Below are positions 1-10,362 of a DNA stretch of 64,000 bases, piece after piece (position 1 is the stretch's first letter; the number at the start of each line of letters is the position of its first letter). Position numbers and translations under genes: made by a program. The notes beneath the pieces are model-generated. The model saw only the letters and a program-made list of their open reading frames with translations. It was not told where the DNA came from and searched no databases. Source of the stretch: Candidatus Methanomethylophilaceae archaeon (lineage in GTDB: Archaea; Thermoplasmatota; Thermoplasmata; Methanomassiliicoccales; Methanomethylophilaceae); contig JBMNHS010000001.1 in assembly GCA_050950505.1 (NCBI GenBank), positions 64,001-128,000 of the forward strand, given 5' to 3'.

Positions 1-78
1 GACGTCACCGAATGCACCACGTATTCCGAAATCACGAAAATGTATCTGATGCAGGAACGGAGTTCCGACGGTACGTGA
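1..78 (+). CDS. 3' end of a CDS running in from upstream (product unknown)
   Basis: Frame 1 is open from the window edge (DVTECTTYSEITKMYLMQERSSDGT) to TGA at 76-78, followed by an AT-rich promoter-like stretch before rpoL. Confidence 0.35.
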   Translation, partial: DVTECTTYSEITKMYLMQERSSDGT

Positions 79-126
79 GCGCTTATTGTACAAAAGTATA
101 AGATATAAGCAGGGATTGTGAGACGT

Positions 127-381
127 ATGAAGATATATATTGTCGAAAGAACCGACAATTCCGTCAGCCTCGGACTTAAGAACGCAGACGTTACTATTAT
201 ACAGCCTCTCATAGACATGCTGTACAAAAACCCTGACGTCGTTCTCGTCAGATACATGGAGGAGCACCCCGAACTCGAAGACAGGATTCTTTTCGTTCAG
301 GTCAGCAAGGGCGACCCCCTGACCATCGTCAAAGAGTCGGCGGACGGCCTTTCCGAGTATTTTGCGGAGCTATTGTCTTAA
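127..381 (+). CDS. rpoL: DNA-directed RNA polymerase subunit L (Rpo11)
   Basis: About 84 aa with RpoL-like pattern (MKIYIVE..., V..VRY.EEHPELED..LFV, DPL.IVKE.A..L); ATG at 127 preferred over GTG at 118. Confidence 0.8.
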   Translation: MKIYIVERTDNSVSLGLKNADVTIIQPLIDMLYKNPDVVLVRYMEEHPELEDRILFVQVSKGDPLTIVKESADGLSEYFAELLS

Positions 382-382
382 G

Positions 383-1687
383 ATGAGTTATCGGCCCTGC
401 GACACAGACGAAGCCGACATCGGCATGCTGTACTACCTCAGCGACGTCGGGGGCACCGGCGGCAGAATCAAGACTTATCCGGAAGATTTCAGAGTAACTG
501 AGATTTCCAACAGACCCCCGGAAGATCCCGAAGGCAGACACACCGTCGCCACGGTCACCGGCACCAACTGGGAATCGAACCGCATGATCCGTTTGATGGC
601 CCGCGAGATGGGAATCTCCAGAGAACGGATAGGATTTGCCGGAACCAAAGACAAACGGGCGGTCACGTCGCAGCTGATGTCCTTCGAATGCCCTCCCGAT
701 ACCCTGAAAAAGATAAATCTGAAAGACATCGAAATTTCCGACGTATACACCGCGAAAAACCCCGTAAGACTGGGAAATCTCGTCGGAAATGAATTTTCAA
801 TCCGTGTCAGGGATTTGGATCTGGACCTGTCCGAGGTTCCCGAAGTTCTTGACAAAGTATCTTCCGACATCGACGAAACCGGGGGATTTCCGAATTATTT
901 CGGGGTCCAGCGTTTCGGAGTGGTACGGCCGGTCACCCATATCGTCGGCGAACGGATTGTCCGCGGCGACATCGAAGGTGCGGTCAGAACCTATCTTTCG
1001 GAGCCTTCGAAATTCGAAAACGAAGATATAATCCGAGTGAGAAAGGAGTTGGCCGAAAGGGAGGATTGGAGGGAGTTGCTGAAAATCATGCCGGAATCCC
1101 TGGGATTCGAGAAATCCCTGGTGGGACACCTGATGAACAATCCGGAAGATTGGACTGGAGCTTTGTCCGTGCTGCCCAACAATCTTCAGATGATGTTCGT
1201 TCACGCCTACCAGTCTTATCTGTTCAACGTCATGCTGAGCAAAAGAATGGAAAAAGGGTTGCCCCTGAACCTTCCCGTTGAGGGGGACACCGTGATTCCT
1301 TTGACGGTTGACGGCACCCCCGATCACAACCATCCCGTAGTGGCCACATCGAAAAATTTGGATCTGGTCGCACACCAGGTCCGAACCGGAAGGGCTTTTG
1401 TTTCCATCATACTCTTCGGCAGCGACACGGAGATTCAGGAAGGGGTGATGGGAGAAATCGAATCTTCGGTGATAGAAGCCGAAAGAATCGGTCAATCGAA
1501 CTTCATCGTTCCCGAACTGACAAGGTGCAGTTCCAAAGGTTCCAGAAGGGAAATCGTCTGCACCGTGAACGATCTCTCATATTCACCGGGCGAAGACTTC
1601 TACGACGTGAATTTCTCCTTGACCAAAGGGAATTACGCCACCACCCTCATGAGGGAATTCATGAAGTCTCCGATGTTAAACTACTGA
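383..1687 (+). CDS. truD: tRNA pseudouridine(13) synthase TruD
   Basis: Motifs GGRIK..PEDFRV.E, FAGTKDKRAVTSQ, GNEFSIRVR, FPNYFGVQRFG, HAYQSYLFN, FSL.KGNYATTLMRE; ATG at 383. Confidence 0.95.
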   Translation: MSYRPCDTDEADIGMLYYLSDVGGTGGRIKTYPEDFRVTEISNRPPEDPEGRHTVATVTGTNWESNRMIRLMAREMGISRERIGFAGTKDKRAVTSQLMSFECPPDTLKKINLKDIEISDVYTAKNPVRLGNLVGNEFSIRVRDLDLDLSEVPEVLDKVSSDIDETGGFPNYFGVQRFGVVRPVTHIVGERIVRGDIEGAVRTYLSEPSKFENEDIIRVRKELAEREDWRELLKIMPESLGFEKSLVGHLMNNPEDWTGALSVLPNNLQMMFVHAYQSYLFNVMLSKRMEKGLPLNLPVEGDTVIPLTVDGTPDHNHPVVATSKNLDLVAHQVRTGRAFVSIILFGSDTEIQEGVMGEIESSVIEAERIGQSNFIVPELTRCSSKGSRREIVCTVNDLSYSPGEDFYDVNFSLTKGNYATTLMREFMKSPMLNY

Positions 1688-4600
1688 GTTCTTTTATCGC
1701 CCTTGCGTTGTACACGCCGAGGTGGTGATCTTTCATCAAATCGTATACCGTGATGTTTTCGTCCAGGCCGAAAGCCAGTTCGGTGAGTTCCTCGGATAGG
1801 TGATCTATCCTGATTTCGGTGTTGAACACCTCGAAGATGTAGGAAACCAGAGTTTTCGCCTCGTCGGCGTCTTTCGCCCCTCCGGCGACAAAAGCCGAAG
1901 ATACGGATATCAACGGTTCCTCGTCTATGTTTTTGAGTTCCGCCCTCACCACGGCATAATGGGACAGTGATTCCATCCTTTCGAACTCCGGGGTGCCGGG
2001 GACTATGGGTCCGTACTCACGTATGTCCGAAAGATAGGACATGACTTTGTCGACGGTCCCGTTTCCGGGATCCAACATGCCGACTATGCCCGGATCGTCC
2101 AAAGGCCGTTTGCTCACGTAGGCCCTGCGCAGCAACTTTTCGGATTGTCTTTTGATAGCGTCGGACACTTCCGGGGAATCTTTTTCAGATTCGCCGGCGG
2201 CTTTCATGTACAGGGCGGAAGACTCCTGCTGCAATCCGTGTTCGGACAGCAATGCGGAGACTTTCTTCAGCGTTTCTTTGTCGGCAACGCCGTGTTCCGT
2301 CAGGTGTTCGTAAACTTCCTTCAATCCTTCCGTGTTCCCGGTTTTCGAATATATTTCCGCTCTTAAGGCCAGAGCTTTTGGGTTTTCGGGTTCATCTTCC
2401 AGCACCACCCGGATCACATTGTCGGCTTCTTCGAGATTCCCGTAAGAAACATATATCGAAGCCAGACGCACACGGGAAGTGTTGTCGGAACCCGATTTCG
2501 AAACGGCGGTCAGATAATCGGATATCGCCCCTTCCGAATTTCCGATTTTTTCCAGAACATCCCCGCGTTTGACATACACGTCGTGCCCGTCGTTTCCGGA
2601 ATCGATTGCCTTCCGGTAAGATTCCGCCGCATCGCCGTAATTTTCAATCTTTGCCTGTGTGTCTCCTTCGAGTTCGAGAAGACGGCCGGGGGATTCCGCG
2701 TATTCCAATCCCTTTCTGATCACCGCCAAAGCCCCTCCCGTGTCCCGCAGCGCCGAATAGATTTCGACCCGGAATGTGATGAATTCCAAATTCCCGGGAT
2801 CCGCGTCCAACGCCCGGTCGGTCAGTCTTGCGGCTCCCGTCAAATCTCCGGTGGAATAAAGGGAACGGGCAATGTTGAACAGAGATTCGGGATCCGATTC
2901 TTCCTGAGGCTTCCCGGGTATTTCTTCGGGTTCCTCTTCTATCGGCTCAAGCGTCGCATCCTCGTCGTAAAGTTCCATGCGTATGCGGTCGGCGGAGACC
3001 ATGTCCCCGTTATCGGCCAAAGCCTGAGCCAGATCCATTTTCACGGAACGGTTGTCCGGATCTTTTTCCAGTATACGGTAACAGACTTTGATGAGTTCCG
3101 GATAATCTCCCATAGACGTCAGTATTGATTTCTTTGACAGCAGCAACGGAACGGAATTGGGGTTTTTGGAAAGTTTTGAATTTATGAATGCCAGTGCTTC
3201 GGTTCGGTTTCCTATTTTCATCATACAGTCGGCGGCATCGACCATGGCGGACAGATTCTCGGAATCGATAACCAGTATTTCCATGCATATCGCAATGGCT
3301 TCCTTGTATCTGCCCGTATGAATGCATACTTCTTTTTTGATGTCGTAAATGTCTTTGTTCCAGGTGTTGACCATTATGGCCATGTCCAGGAAGTAAAGGG
3401 CTTCGTCATACCGTCCCACTTTGGAAAATATCATTCCTTTTTTGACCAAGGCGTAAACATTGTCCGGCTTCAGTTCTATGACTTTGTTGAGGGACTCCAC
3501 CGCACCGGGGTAGTCATTCTTTCGTTCCTGGACCGAAGCCTTTGAAATCCAGTGTTCCGGCCGGTTCAGATCGAGAAGGACCGCACGGTTGAATGCGTCT
3601 TCCGCCGAATCCAGATCTCCCGCGGCCTCATCGGCCATCCCTTTGGAATGCCAAGCCTCGGAAGAGTGGGGGTTCAACGCTGCGGCGGCGGCGAAAGAAA
3701 CCGATGCCTTCAGATATTCCCCCAGGGCATATTCCGCATTTCCCCTGAGCAGTTTGACTGCGGTCACGGATCCGTATTCCTCATCCATCTCTTCGCAGAG
3801 ATCCACGGCTTCCTGATACATGCCGTCGCCCACCAGGAGCTTTATGACGGAAACGAAATTGGAAGGTCTGGAATCCACGGCAATGGCTCTTCTGAACGAT
3901 GTCAACGAATCCTCGGTATCCCCGGCCTGCATTTTGGCTTCGGAATATTCAAGGATTATTTCGGCATTGTCCGGATCCGCCTCCAAAATCCTGTCGTACA
4001 TTTCCATCATTTTTTCTTTTTTCCCCAGAGAAACGTAAACGTCTTTGATCAGAATCAACGCTTCCGCGTCCTTCGGATTTTCTTTGACCAGGGTTCTGGC
4101 GTCTTTCATTGCTTTCTCTGGCCGTCCCATGGCGAACAGGACTTTTGCCCGTTGAAGACGCGGTTCGCGTTCTCCGTTTTCCGCTTTTACGGCCAGATTC
4201 GCCGCGTTGAGGGCCGCGGTGTAATTTCCCAGGGCCATTTCGTTTTGAGACGTCAGCAGATTGACTTCATAATTTTCCGGATAATTCAGCAGAATCCTGC
4301 TTATTATCGGATCGGCCTGAGTGTTCAGTCCGTGGGATATCAATATTTTTGCGCATTTCAGATATGTGTCCAAATCTGCTGATTCGGAATCCAGGAGCGC
4401 AAGGATTTTTTTCACGGCCTCGTCTTTCAAACCCGTTCTCATGTAAGCGTTTATCAGTTCGCCCATGACCATGGGGGATTGGGGATCTTCGAGTTCGGCT
4501 ATGTGGTACAATTTGAAAGCGCGGTCTTCGTTGCCTCCCATCAGTGAAACGCGTGCGGCTTCGCATAATACGAGAACGCATGCGTTGTCGATGAGACTGC

Positions 4601-5372
4601 TGTAGATCATTTCGGAAGAATGCCAATCCTCTTCGTAAGCGGACATTCTGGCCGCGGCAAGAATGAAATGAAAATCCCCGTCGTTGTATTCCGGGGAATT
4701 TACGAGAAGATCCGTGGCCGTATCCCGGTTCCCCCGGTGCCATTCGCAGTATATCTCGTAAAGTCTTTTCTGGGGGGTGTCTTCTTCCGCGGTTCCGCAG
4801 GCAACGGTTTTGCGTCCCGCATGCAACAGTTCGATGTTTCTGTAATACATCCAACCTCCGGAAGGGTCGGCTTTCTCCAACATTTTGTAAATCTGAGTGT
4901 TCAGGGGATCGCTGCACCTTCCCCTCTTGAGAGCGACTTTGGCGGAAGACAGGTCTCCGTCATCCAGAAGAAACTGGGCACGGACTATGCTTTTCAACGG
5001 AATATTTTGGATTTCTCCGACGGAACCGAGGAGGCTTTTCGCTCCTGCGGCGTCCCCTGCCTTGTGCAACAGCAAAGCGGCTTCCAGGGCCGGCGAAGAG
5101 TCGGAAGGCCTCCGTTTAGAAGCCAGTTCCGGCATCAGTTCGTTGAACCGTTCGCTTCCGGAGTCATACAGGGTGTCCATGAGTTTCACGAGTATCGCCG
5201 AGTCCATATGACTCTGAAGCGCCAGTATCTCATCGGCTATGCTTTCCGGGGAAACGGTTTTCCTTCCGATGGATAACCTGCCCGTCCCGGTGCCCGTCAG
5301 CTTCCTCCATATAACCAAATCGGAAGAGCTTTGGAAAATCGGCCCTGAACTCATTGCAGTCACATCTGCCAC
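1659..5372 (-). CDS. Large tetratricopeptide-repeat (TPR) protein
   Basis: 1237 aa with many TPR-like helical repeats (e.g. AWHSKGMADEAAGDLDSAEDAFNRAVLLDL, ALVKKGMIFSKVGRYDEALYFLDMAI); start GTG 5372 or ATG 5354. Confidence 0.85.
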   Translation of the reverse strand: MADVTAMSSGPIFQSSSDLVIWRKLTGTGTGRLSIGRKTVSPESIADEILALQSHMDSAILVKLMDTLYDSGSERFNELMPELASKRRPSDSSPALEAALLLHKAGDAAGAKSLLGSVGEIQNIPLKSIVRAQFLLDDGDLSSAKVALKRGRCSDPLNTQIYKMLEKADPSGGWMYYRNIELLHAGRKTVACGTAEEDTPQKRLYEIYCEWHRGNRDTATDLLVNSPEYNDGDFHFILAAARMSAYEEDWHSSEMIYSSLIDNACVLVLCEAARVSLMGGNEDRAFKLYHIAELEDPQSPMVMGELINAYMRTGLKDEAVKKILALLDSESADLDTYLKCAKILISHGLNTQADPIISRILLNYPENYEVNLLTSQNEMALGNYTAALNAANLAVKAENGEREPRLQRAKVLFAMGRPEKAMKDARTLVKENPKDAEALILIKDVYVSLGKKEKMMEMYDRILEADPDNAEIILEYSEAKMQAGDTEDSLTSFRRAIAVDSRPSNFVSVIKLLVGDGMYQEAVDLCEEMDEEYGSVTAVKLLRGNAEYALGEYLKASVSFAAAAALNPHSSEAWHSKGMADEAAGDLDSAEDAFNRAVLLDLNRPEHWISKASVQERKNDYPGAVESLNKVIELKPDNVYALVKKGMIFSKVGRYDEALYFLDMAIMVNTWNKDIYDIKKEVCIHTGRYKEAIAICMEILVIDSENLSAMVDAADCMMKIGNRTEALAFINSKLSKNPNSVPLLLSKKSILTSMGDYPELIKVCYRILEKDPDNRSVKMDLAQALADNGDMVSADRIRMELYDEDATLEPIEEEPEEIPGKPQEESDPESLFNIARSLYSTGDLTGAARLTDRALDADPGNLEFITFRVEIYSALRDTGGALAVIRKGLEYAESPGRLLELEGDTQAKIENYGDAAESYRKAIDSGNDGHDVYVKRGDVLEKIGNSEGAISDYLTAVSKSGSDNTSRVRLASIYVSYGNLEEADNVIRVVLEDEPENPKALALRAEIYSKTGNTEGLKEVYEHLTEHGVADKETLKKVSALLSEHGLQQESSALYMKAAGESEKDSPEVSDAIKRQSEKLLRRAYVSKRPLDDPGIVGMLDPGNGTVDKVMSYLSDIREYGPIVPGTPEFERMESLSHYAVVRAELKNIDEEPLISVSSAFVAGGAKDADEAKTLVSYIFEVFNTEIRIDHLSEELTELAFGLDENITVYDLMKDHHLGVYNARAIKELSSLTSETS

Positions 5373-5493
5373 ACAGTAGATAAAACTAAGGAGATTTTCA
5401 AGACTGAAAGGGAGGCACGGACCGCGACCGAAGGTTCTTAAGTCTCTGAATCTGCATCATGATTATATATCAGTGAAAAATTAGGGAAATTGT

Positions 5494-5569
5494 GCAGTCG
5501 TAATCTAGTTGGTTAGGATTCGAGCCTTCCAAGCTCGTCGCCCGGGTTCGAATCCCGGCGACTGCACCA
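5494..5569 (+). tRNA. tRNA-Gly (TCC)
   Basis: Acceptor GCAGTCG/CGACTGC, anticodon arm CGAGC-CTTCCAA-GCTCG, T arm CCGGG-TTCGAAT-CCCGG, encoded CCA; TATA-like TTATATAT upstream. Confidence 0.97.
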
Positions 5570-5624
5570 ACTGAAATTTTTATTTTTTAGTGGTTTATTA
5601 TAGTTGTAATTCCTTTTCGAACGC

Positions 5625-5981
5625 ATGAGTACAGTGGTCGTTGACATGGCCCTTTGCGACAAAACCCACAAAATCACCGTTAAACTGAAAGAGGACGGAA
5701 ACCTCAGCCTGCACATCGCCACAGATTGTGAAAACATAAAAGAATACGCGAGGGTCCTGGGTGACACCCTGACCATCGCCGACGTGACCGATTGGATGAA
5801 CTCCAAGGTTTACGATCAAAAGAACTGTTCCGCCGCTTCCATAACCTGTTTGACTCCCGCGGGGATAATGAATGCCGCCTGGCTGGAATTGGGAATGATT
5901 TCAAAAACGAGAGCCGCCGATGTCCGGGCAAATTGCGTGAGATTCGTAAGAGAAGGCGAAGACAAGCTGATAGGCGAGTGA
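5625..5981 (+). CDS. Small conserved Cys-containing hypothetical protein (DUF6951-like)
   Basis: 118 aa with C..T.I.V, I.TDCENI and C..P.GI pattern resembling a small family found in anaerobes; family call tentative. Confidence 0.6.
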   Translation: MSTVVVDMALCDKTHKITVKLKEDGNLSLHIATDCENIKEYARVLGDTLTIADVTDWMNSKVYDQKNCSAASITCLTPAGIMNAAWLELGMISKTRAADVRANCVRFVREGEDKLIGE

Positions 5982-6030
5982 ATTTGCCGACACTCTGAAT
6001 TAAATACGCGTACGCAATGGCTCCGATTTG

Positions 6031-6882
6031 ATGAGTGAGCCTTCCGACACGCGGAATTTCCTGATTGGGGCGTTCATAGGCACACTCAGCATTCTTCCGG
6101 GTACCAGCGGCGGGGTCGCCGCGGTTGTGTTCGGAGTTTATGAAAGACTCGTTCGCAACATTGCGGATATTTTCAATAAAATAAAAACCGATTTCAGATT
6201 CCTGGCAACCATAGGGTTGGGCATATTGGCGGGTGTTTTGCTAACCGCTTTCGGCACCCGGTGGTTTATGTCCAATTTCGAAGTCATCGCCATGTTCCTG
6301 TTTACCGGGCTGATCATCGGGCAGTTTCCCGACGTTTACGGAATGACGAAGGTGGACAGGAAGAAAAAGACGTCTTTCCTGCATTATCTCGCTTTTGCCG
6401 TCGGTGTGTTTCTGACTCTGCTGTTGCTGTCGACGGAAGACTTCGGCGGGATAAGTCTGGAAATTTCCGGCAACCTCACGTCTTGCCTGCTGCTTGTTTT
6501 GACCGGGATCGTCATTGCCGCCGCCGTGATAACTCCGGGCATAAGCGGAAGCTCCCTGTTGTTGGTCATGGGCCTGTATTATCCCATTCTTACCGCGATT
6601 ACCGAGTTTGACATACTCGTCATACTCGTGTTCGGCCTGGGATTGGTCATCGGCGGCATCGGCTTCGCCAAATTGATTTCCTGGGCTTTGTCCAATTATT
6701 ACAAATCGACTTTCTTCATGATATTGGGTCTCACCGTGGGTTCGACCCTTATCGTGGGTTACAAAGCGGTAAGCATGACCGGGGGCTTGGCGGAAGGGCT
6801 GTTGGGGGCATTGGCATTGACCGCAGGATTCGCCATAAGCATTTGGCTTTCCAAAATCAACAGAAGATATTCTACGTCCTGA
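6031..6882 (+). CDS. DUF368 family membrane protein
   Basis: Duplicated PG.SGG / PGISGS motifs, multiple TM helices, G.YERL.. Confidence 0.9.
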   Translation: MSEPSDTRNFLIGAFIGTLSILPGTSGGVAAVVFGVYERLVRNIADIFNKIKTDFRFLATIGLGILAGVLLTAFGTRWFMSNFEVIAMFLFTGLIIGQFPDVYGMTKVDRKKKTSFLHYLAFAVGVFLTLLLLSTEDFGGISLEISGNLTSCLLLVLTGIVIAAAVITPGISGSSLLLVMGLYYPILTAITEFDILVILVFGLGLVIGGIGFAKLISWALSNYYKSTFFMILGLTVGSTLIVGYKAVSMTGGLAEGLLGALALTAGFAISIWLSKINRRYSTS

Positions 6883-6929
6883 CACTTTCGGACGATAATT
6901 GATTTATCTTCTTTGCCTTACCGATACTT

Positions 6930-7484
6930 ATGTTCGGCCGTAAAATGAGCCTGTGGAAACTTAAGAGATTAGCCAAAGCGGGAGATCCCGATTCTTCTTT
7001 CGAAGTCGGATCCTGTTATCTCAACGGCATAGGCACCGAGAAAGATGTCGAAAAAGCCATTGAATTTCTCAAACTCGGCGCGGAACAGGGTTCCGCCGGT
7101 GCCGCATTGACTCTGGGGGATATGCTGGAACGGGGTTATGTCGACAAGGAAAACTACAAAATTTCCGATTACGACACCGCATTCCTTCTTTTCAAAATCG
7201 CCGCCGACGGAGGGTTGGCCGCGGGAACCCACAGAATGGGGATGATGTACAAAGACGGACGGGGAACTCCCCAATGCATCGAAACCGCCATGGCCATGAT
7301 CACCGACGCCGCCGAAAGAGGGTTGAACAAAGCCCGGATAGATCTTTATTACATATACCGGGACGGCAACTGTGTGGAAAAGAATCCGGAGAAGGCTTTG
7401 GAATACCTCAGAACCGCGGCGGAAGACGGCGACGTTTCCGCCATATCCCTTTTGGAAGAGTTTCATCCCGAAGAGAAACTTTGA
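6930..7484 (+). CDS. Sel1-repeat protein
   Basis: Sel1 repeats (G.CYLNGIGTEKD.EKA..FLKLGAEQG, MGMMYKDGRGTPQ, YRDGNCVEKNPEKA). Confidence 0.9.
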   Translation: MFGRKMSLWKLKRLAKAGDPDSSFEVGSCYLNGIGTEKDVEKAIEFLKLGAEQGSAGAALTLGDMLERGYVDKENYKISDYDTAFLLFKIAADGGLAAGTHRMGMMYKDGRGTPQCIETAMAMITDAAERGLNKARIDLYYIYRDGNCVEKNPEKALEYLRTAAEDGDVSAISLLEEFHPEEKL

Positions 7485-7489
7485 ACGGA

Positions 7490-7588
7490 AAAGAGAAAAA
7501 AGAGACAGGGAAAACTTGGATGGATAATGGGATGCGTACCCTGTCTCTATGGGAGAACAAAAAGCATGGGGATGCACATCTTGTTCCC
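7490..7588 (-). ncRNA. Candidate small RNA with two hairpins carrying CAUCCC motifs
   Basis: Minus-strand TTAATATA box at 7620-7613; stems GGGAACAA/UUGUUCUC (7588-7553) and AGAGACAGGG/CCCUGUCUCU (7548-7501); U-rich tract immediately after. Confidence 0.55.
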
Positions 7589-7658
7589 TTAATTCTATCA
7601 ACAACGCAGGAGTATATTAACGGAATCAGGGGAGGTCCCCGAATCGGCCGAAAGTGAA

Positions 7659-9344
7659 TTATTTCGATTTATGGCGGGTGCGGATCGCCATGCCACGGCC
7701 GGTCTGAACCATCTCCCTGCCGCACATTTCCGCCACTCCGACTCCGACGACTTCGCCGTTTCTCAGTATGACCGCCTCATCCCCTATGCGGATAGACGGA
7801 TCGGCGTCAACCACTCCGACGGCGAAAAGATTGCCTTTTAAATCAAAATCGGTCATGGTCACCGCAGAGACGTTCAGACCCGCAAGTATTTCCGCCCCGT
7901 CAAGAGTCAGGGAAACCATTCCCCTTTCCGGCGTCAGCATCCCGAGCTGAACTTTTTCGGATCCTTCGCGGATGATTTTCCAGTAAGGGTATCTGCCGGT
8001 GACAAAGGTGTTTTCGTCAAGAATTGCCTCCGCCGCTTCCGGACCGAACTGGAACCGGAGGACGGAACGCATGACTTCCTTGCGTTCTGTGACGTAATCC
8101 GGAAACTCCATGTCTTCGGTTACTTTTCTCAGCGTGTCATCCAGGAATTCCAAAGATTCGAAGGATGTGGGATTTCCGTCCTTCACGGTGAATTTCATTT
8201 CCGCCAGATCTTTTATCAGTTCGTAATCGGGAAAATGACATACGATTTCGTCATATCCCTGTCCGATGAGAGAGGACAGCATTCCGCGGATCATTTCCTT
8301 TTCCGCGCAGTTCCATTCGCCGGTCACCGGTATGTCATAAGAATTCGCGGGATAAAACACGTCAAGTTCCCTGGGCACCAAACCGAGAGGAGAGGTGAGT
8401 ATGACTTCATGCACCAACACGTCATGACCCGCCGTGTGTATCGCCGATGCGAAGGCCTTGTGGGATTTGGACGTGTGGTACGGTTTTCTGGCCGAACAGG
8501 GCAACAGCAGCAGCACTTTTTTGTGATCCGGTTTGGCGTACCGTTCCGCAAAGGTTCTGCGGTATCTTTCCGTGTCGGGACGTCTTAGGGATTGGACGGT
8601 GTTGCAACAGAAAGGCTTTCCGACCGTGGGGCAGGTTTCCTCCTGATATTCGTATCCGATGCTGTCCAAATGACGCAACAGCGCAACGGAATTCGGAGAC
8701 GAAACCGACCTCTGATCCACAAGCTCCCTCAGTCTTCCCGCGGCGGTGAACACAATGACTTTTTCCAGCTCCCGTTCCAATTCTTTGGAGTTGTCGCGGG
8801 AAAAGTCTTCCGCGGTGTTGATTTCCCCTTCCGGGAACATTTTGACCCCCATCAATCCCGCCGCGATGGGCAACATATCATCAAACAGATCCACACCCAT
8901 GTAGACGAGAATGGACAGCGTGGAAGGATCGGCAATGCCTGACATATACACCAAACGGTTGAATCCCGCCAGCTCCCGGATCTTCATGACTGCGTTCAGC
9001 AATTCCCGGAGATTCTTTCTGAGTTCGAAAGCGTTCGGAACGACGACCAGTCTGCATTCCTCGGGAAGCGCGTCGGTGTCCCTCACGGGCAGACGTACAA
9101 CGGAAACTTTATCGTAATTCCCCTTGATGCCCCCGCCTCTTTCGATTGATGCCGTGGTCAGCAAACCTTCGTCCAACGGGACTTCGGTGCCCATGAAATT
9201 CAAAACTCTGCCTTCCGGTTTCAATGTCAGAAACATGTCGGATTTTCTGTCCGATGTTATGATTTCGGGAGACCGTACCGTGCCTTCGTCGGTCTTGTAT
9301 TTGCAGATTCGTCCTCTGTGGGTTCTTGCGAGAATTTCCAGCAT
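7659..9344 (-). CDS. arcS: Archaeosine synthase subunit alpha (ArcS/TgtA2) with C-terminal PUA domain
   Basis: LLLPCSARKPY..SKSH, HEVILTSPLGLVPRELD..YP...YDIPVTGEW, and PUA-like FAVGVVDADPSIRIGDE...GVGVA.M. Confidence 0.9.
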   Translation of the reverse strand: MLEILARTHRGRICKYKTDEGTVRSPEIITSDRKSDMFLTLKPEGRVLNFMGTEVPLDEGLLTTASIERGGGIKGNYDKVSVVRLPVRDTDALPEECRLVVVPNAFELRKNLRELLNAVMKIRELAGFNRLVYMSGIADPSTLSILVYMGVDLFDDMLPIAAGLMGVKMFPEGEINTAEDFSRDNSKELERELEKVIVFTAAGRLRELVDQRSVSSPNSVALLRHLDSIGYEYQEETCPTVGKPFCCNTVQSLRRPDTERYRRTFAERYAKPDHKKVLLLLPCSARKPYHTSKSHKAFASAIHTAGHDVLVHEVILTSPLGLVPRELDVFYPANSYDIPVTGEWNCAEKEMIRGMLSSLIGQGYDEIVCHFPDYELIKDLAEMKFTVKDGNPTSFESLEFLDDTLRKVTEDMEFPDYVTERKEVMRSVLRFQFGPEAAEAILDENTFVTGRYPYWKIIREGSEKVQLGMLTPERGMVSLTLDGAEILAGLNVSAVTMTDFDLKGNLFAVGVVDADPSIRIGDEAVILRNGEVVGVGVAEMCGREMVQTGRGMAIRTRHKSK

Positions 9345-9429
9345 CGTTCCTTGATGAAAGTGAAGGCGTTAATTAATGTTGGTGCAACCAAGGCGAAGAG
9401 TTAATATCAAAAGGTCAGGATTAAGTTAT

Positions 9430-10362
9430 ATGGACTTTTATGACAGGGACATCGTATCCATAAGAGACTTCACGCGGGAGGAGATAGAATATCTCCTTGA
9501 TTTGTCAGAGAAAATGATGCCGTACGCCACCGGAGACAAAACCGGTCGGCTGCTTGACGGAAAAATTTTGGGAAATCTGTTTTTCGAACCCTCGACACGC
9601 ACAAAATTGTCTTTCGAAAGCGCGGCCTGCAGGTTGGGATGCGATGTCATCGACGTGTCCGAGATGTCCATGACTTCGATATCCAAGGGAGAAACCCTGG
9701 CGGACACCATCCGCATGGTTGACGCTTACTGCGACCTCATAGTCCTCCGCCACCCTTACGAGGGAGCGGCGAGACTTGCCGCGAAATTCTCTCAGAATCC
9801 CGTGATCAACGCGGGAGACGGTGCGGGTTCCCATCCCACCCAGACTCTGTTGGATTTGTTTACGATGCGCCAGTCCAAAGGTTCTCTCGACGGATTGAAC
9901 GTTGTCCTTGTCGGCGATCTGAAATACGGACGCACGGTTCATTCCCTTGCGGAAGCCCTGACCATGTTCGGAGCAAAACTCACACTGGTCGCCCCGGACA
10001 CTCTGCAGATGCCCGATGAAATCGTGAATCACATAAAAGACAAGGGATGCGATCCCGTCAAAACCGCCAACCTTGAAGACGTCATAGACAAGGCGGATGT
10101 CCTTTACATCACAAGAATACAAAGGGAAAGATTCCCCGACCCCACGGAATACAGGAAAGTGGCGGGAATGTACCGCATCGACAACGCCATGCTGAGAGAA
10201 GCCATGAGCGACATGATCGTCATGCATCCCCTTCCCAGAATCGACGAAATCGCCCCTGAGGTGGATTCCTCGGAGCATGCCAAATATTTCCAGCAGGCCT
10301 TCAACGGAGTCCCCGTCAGAATGGCTTTGCTCTGTGCCATCCTGGGAGGTGAACTCCTATGA
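9430..10362 (+). CDS. pyrB: Aspartate carbamoyltransferase catalytic subunit
   Basis: FFEPSTRT, HPTQTLLD, GDLKYGRTVHS, MHPLPR; ATG at 9430. Confidence 0.98.
   Translation: MDFYDRDIVSIRDFTREEIEYLLDLSEKMMPYATGDKTGRLLDGKILGNLFFEPSTRTKLSFESAACRLGCDVIDVSEMSMTSISKGETLADTIRMVDAYCDLIVLRHPYEGAARLAAKFSQNPVINAGDGAGSHPTQTLLDLFTMRQSKGSLDGLNVVLVGDLKYGRTVHSLAEALTMFGAKLTLVAPDTLQMPDEIVNHIKDKGCDPVKTANLEDVIDKADVLYITRIQRERFPDPTEYRKVAGMYRIDNAMLREAMSDMIVMHPLPRIDEIAPEVDSSEHAKYFQQAFNGVPVRMALLCAILGGELL

Noticed and set aside
7481-7657. Small plus-strand ORF across the hairpin region
   Set aside because: TTG start with no motif; the region is better explained by RNA structure on the minus strand
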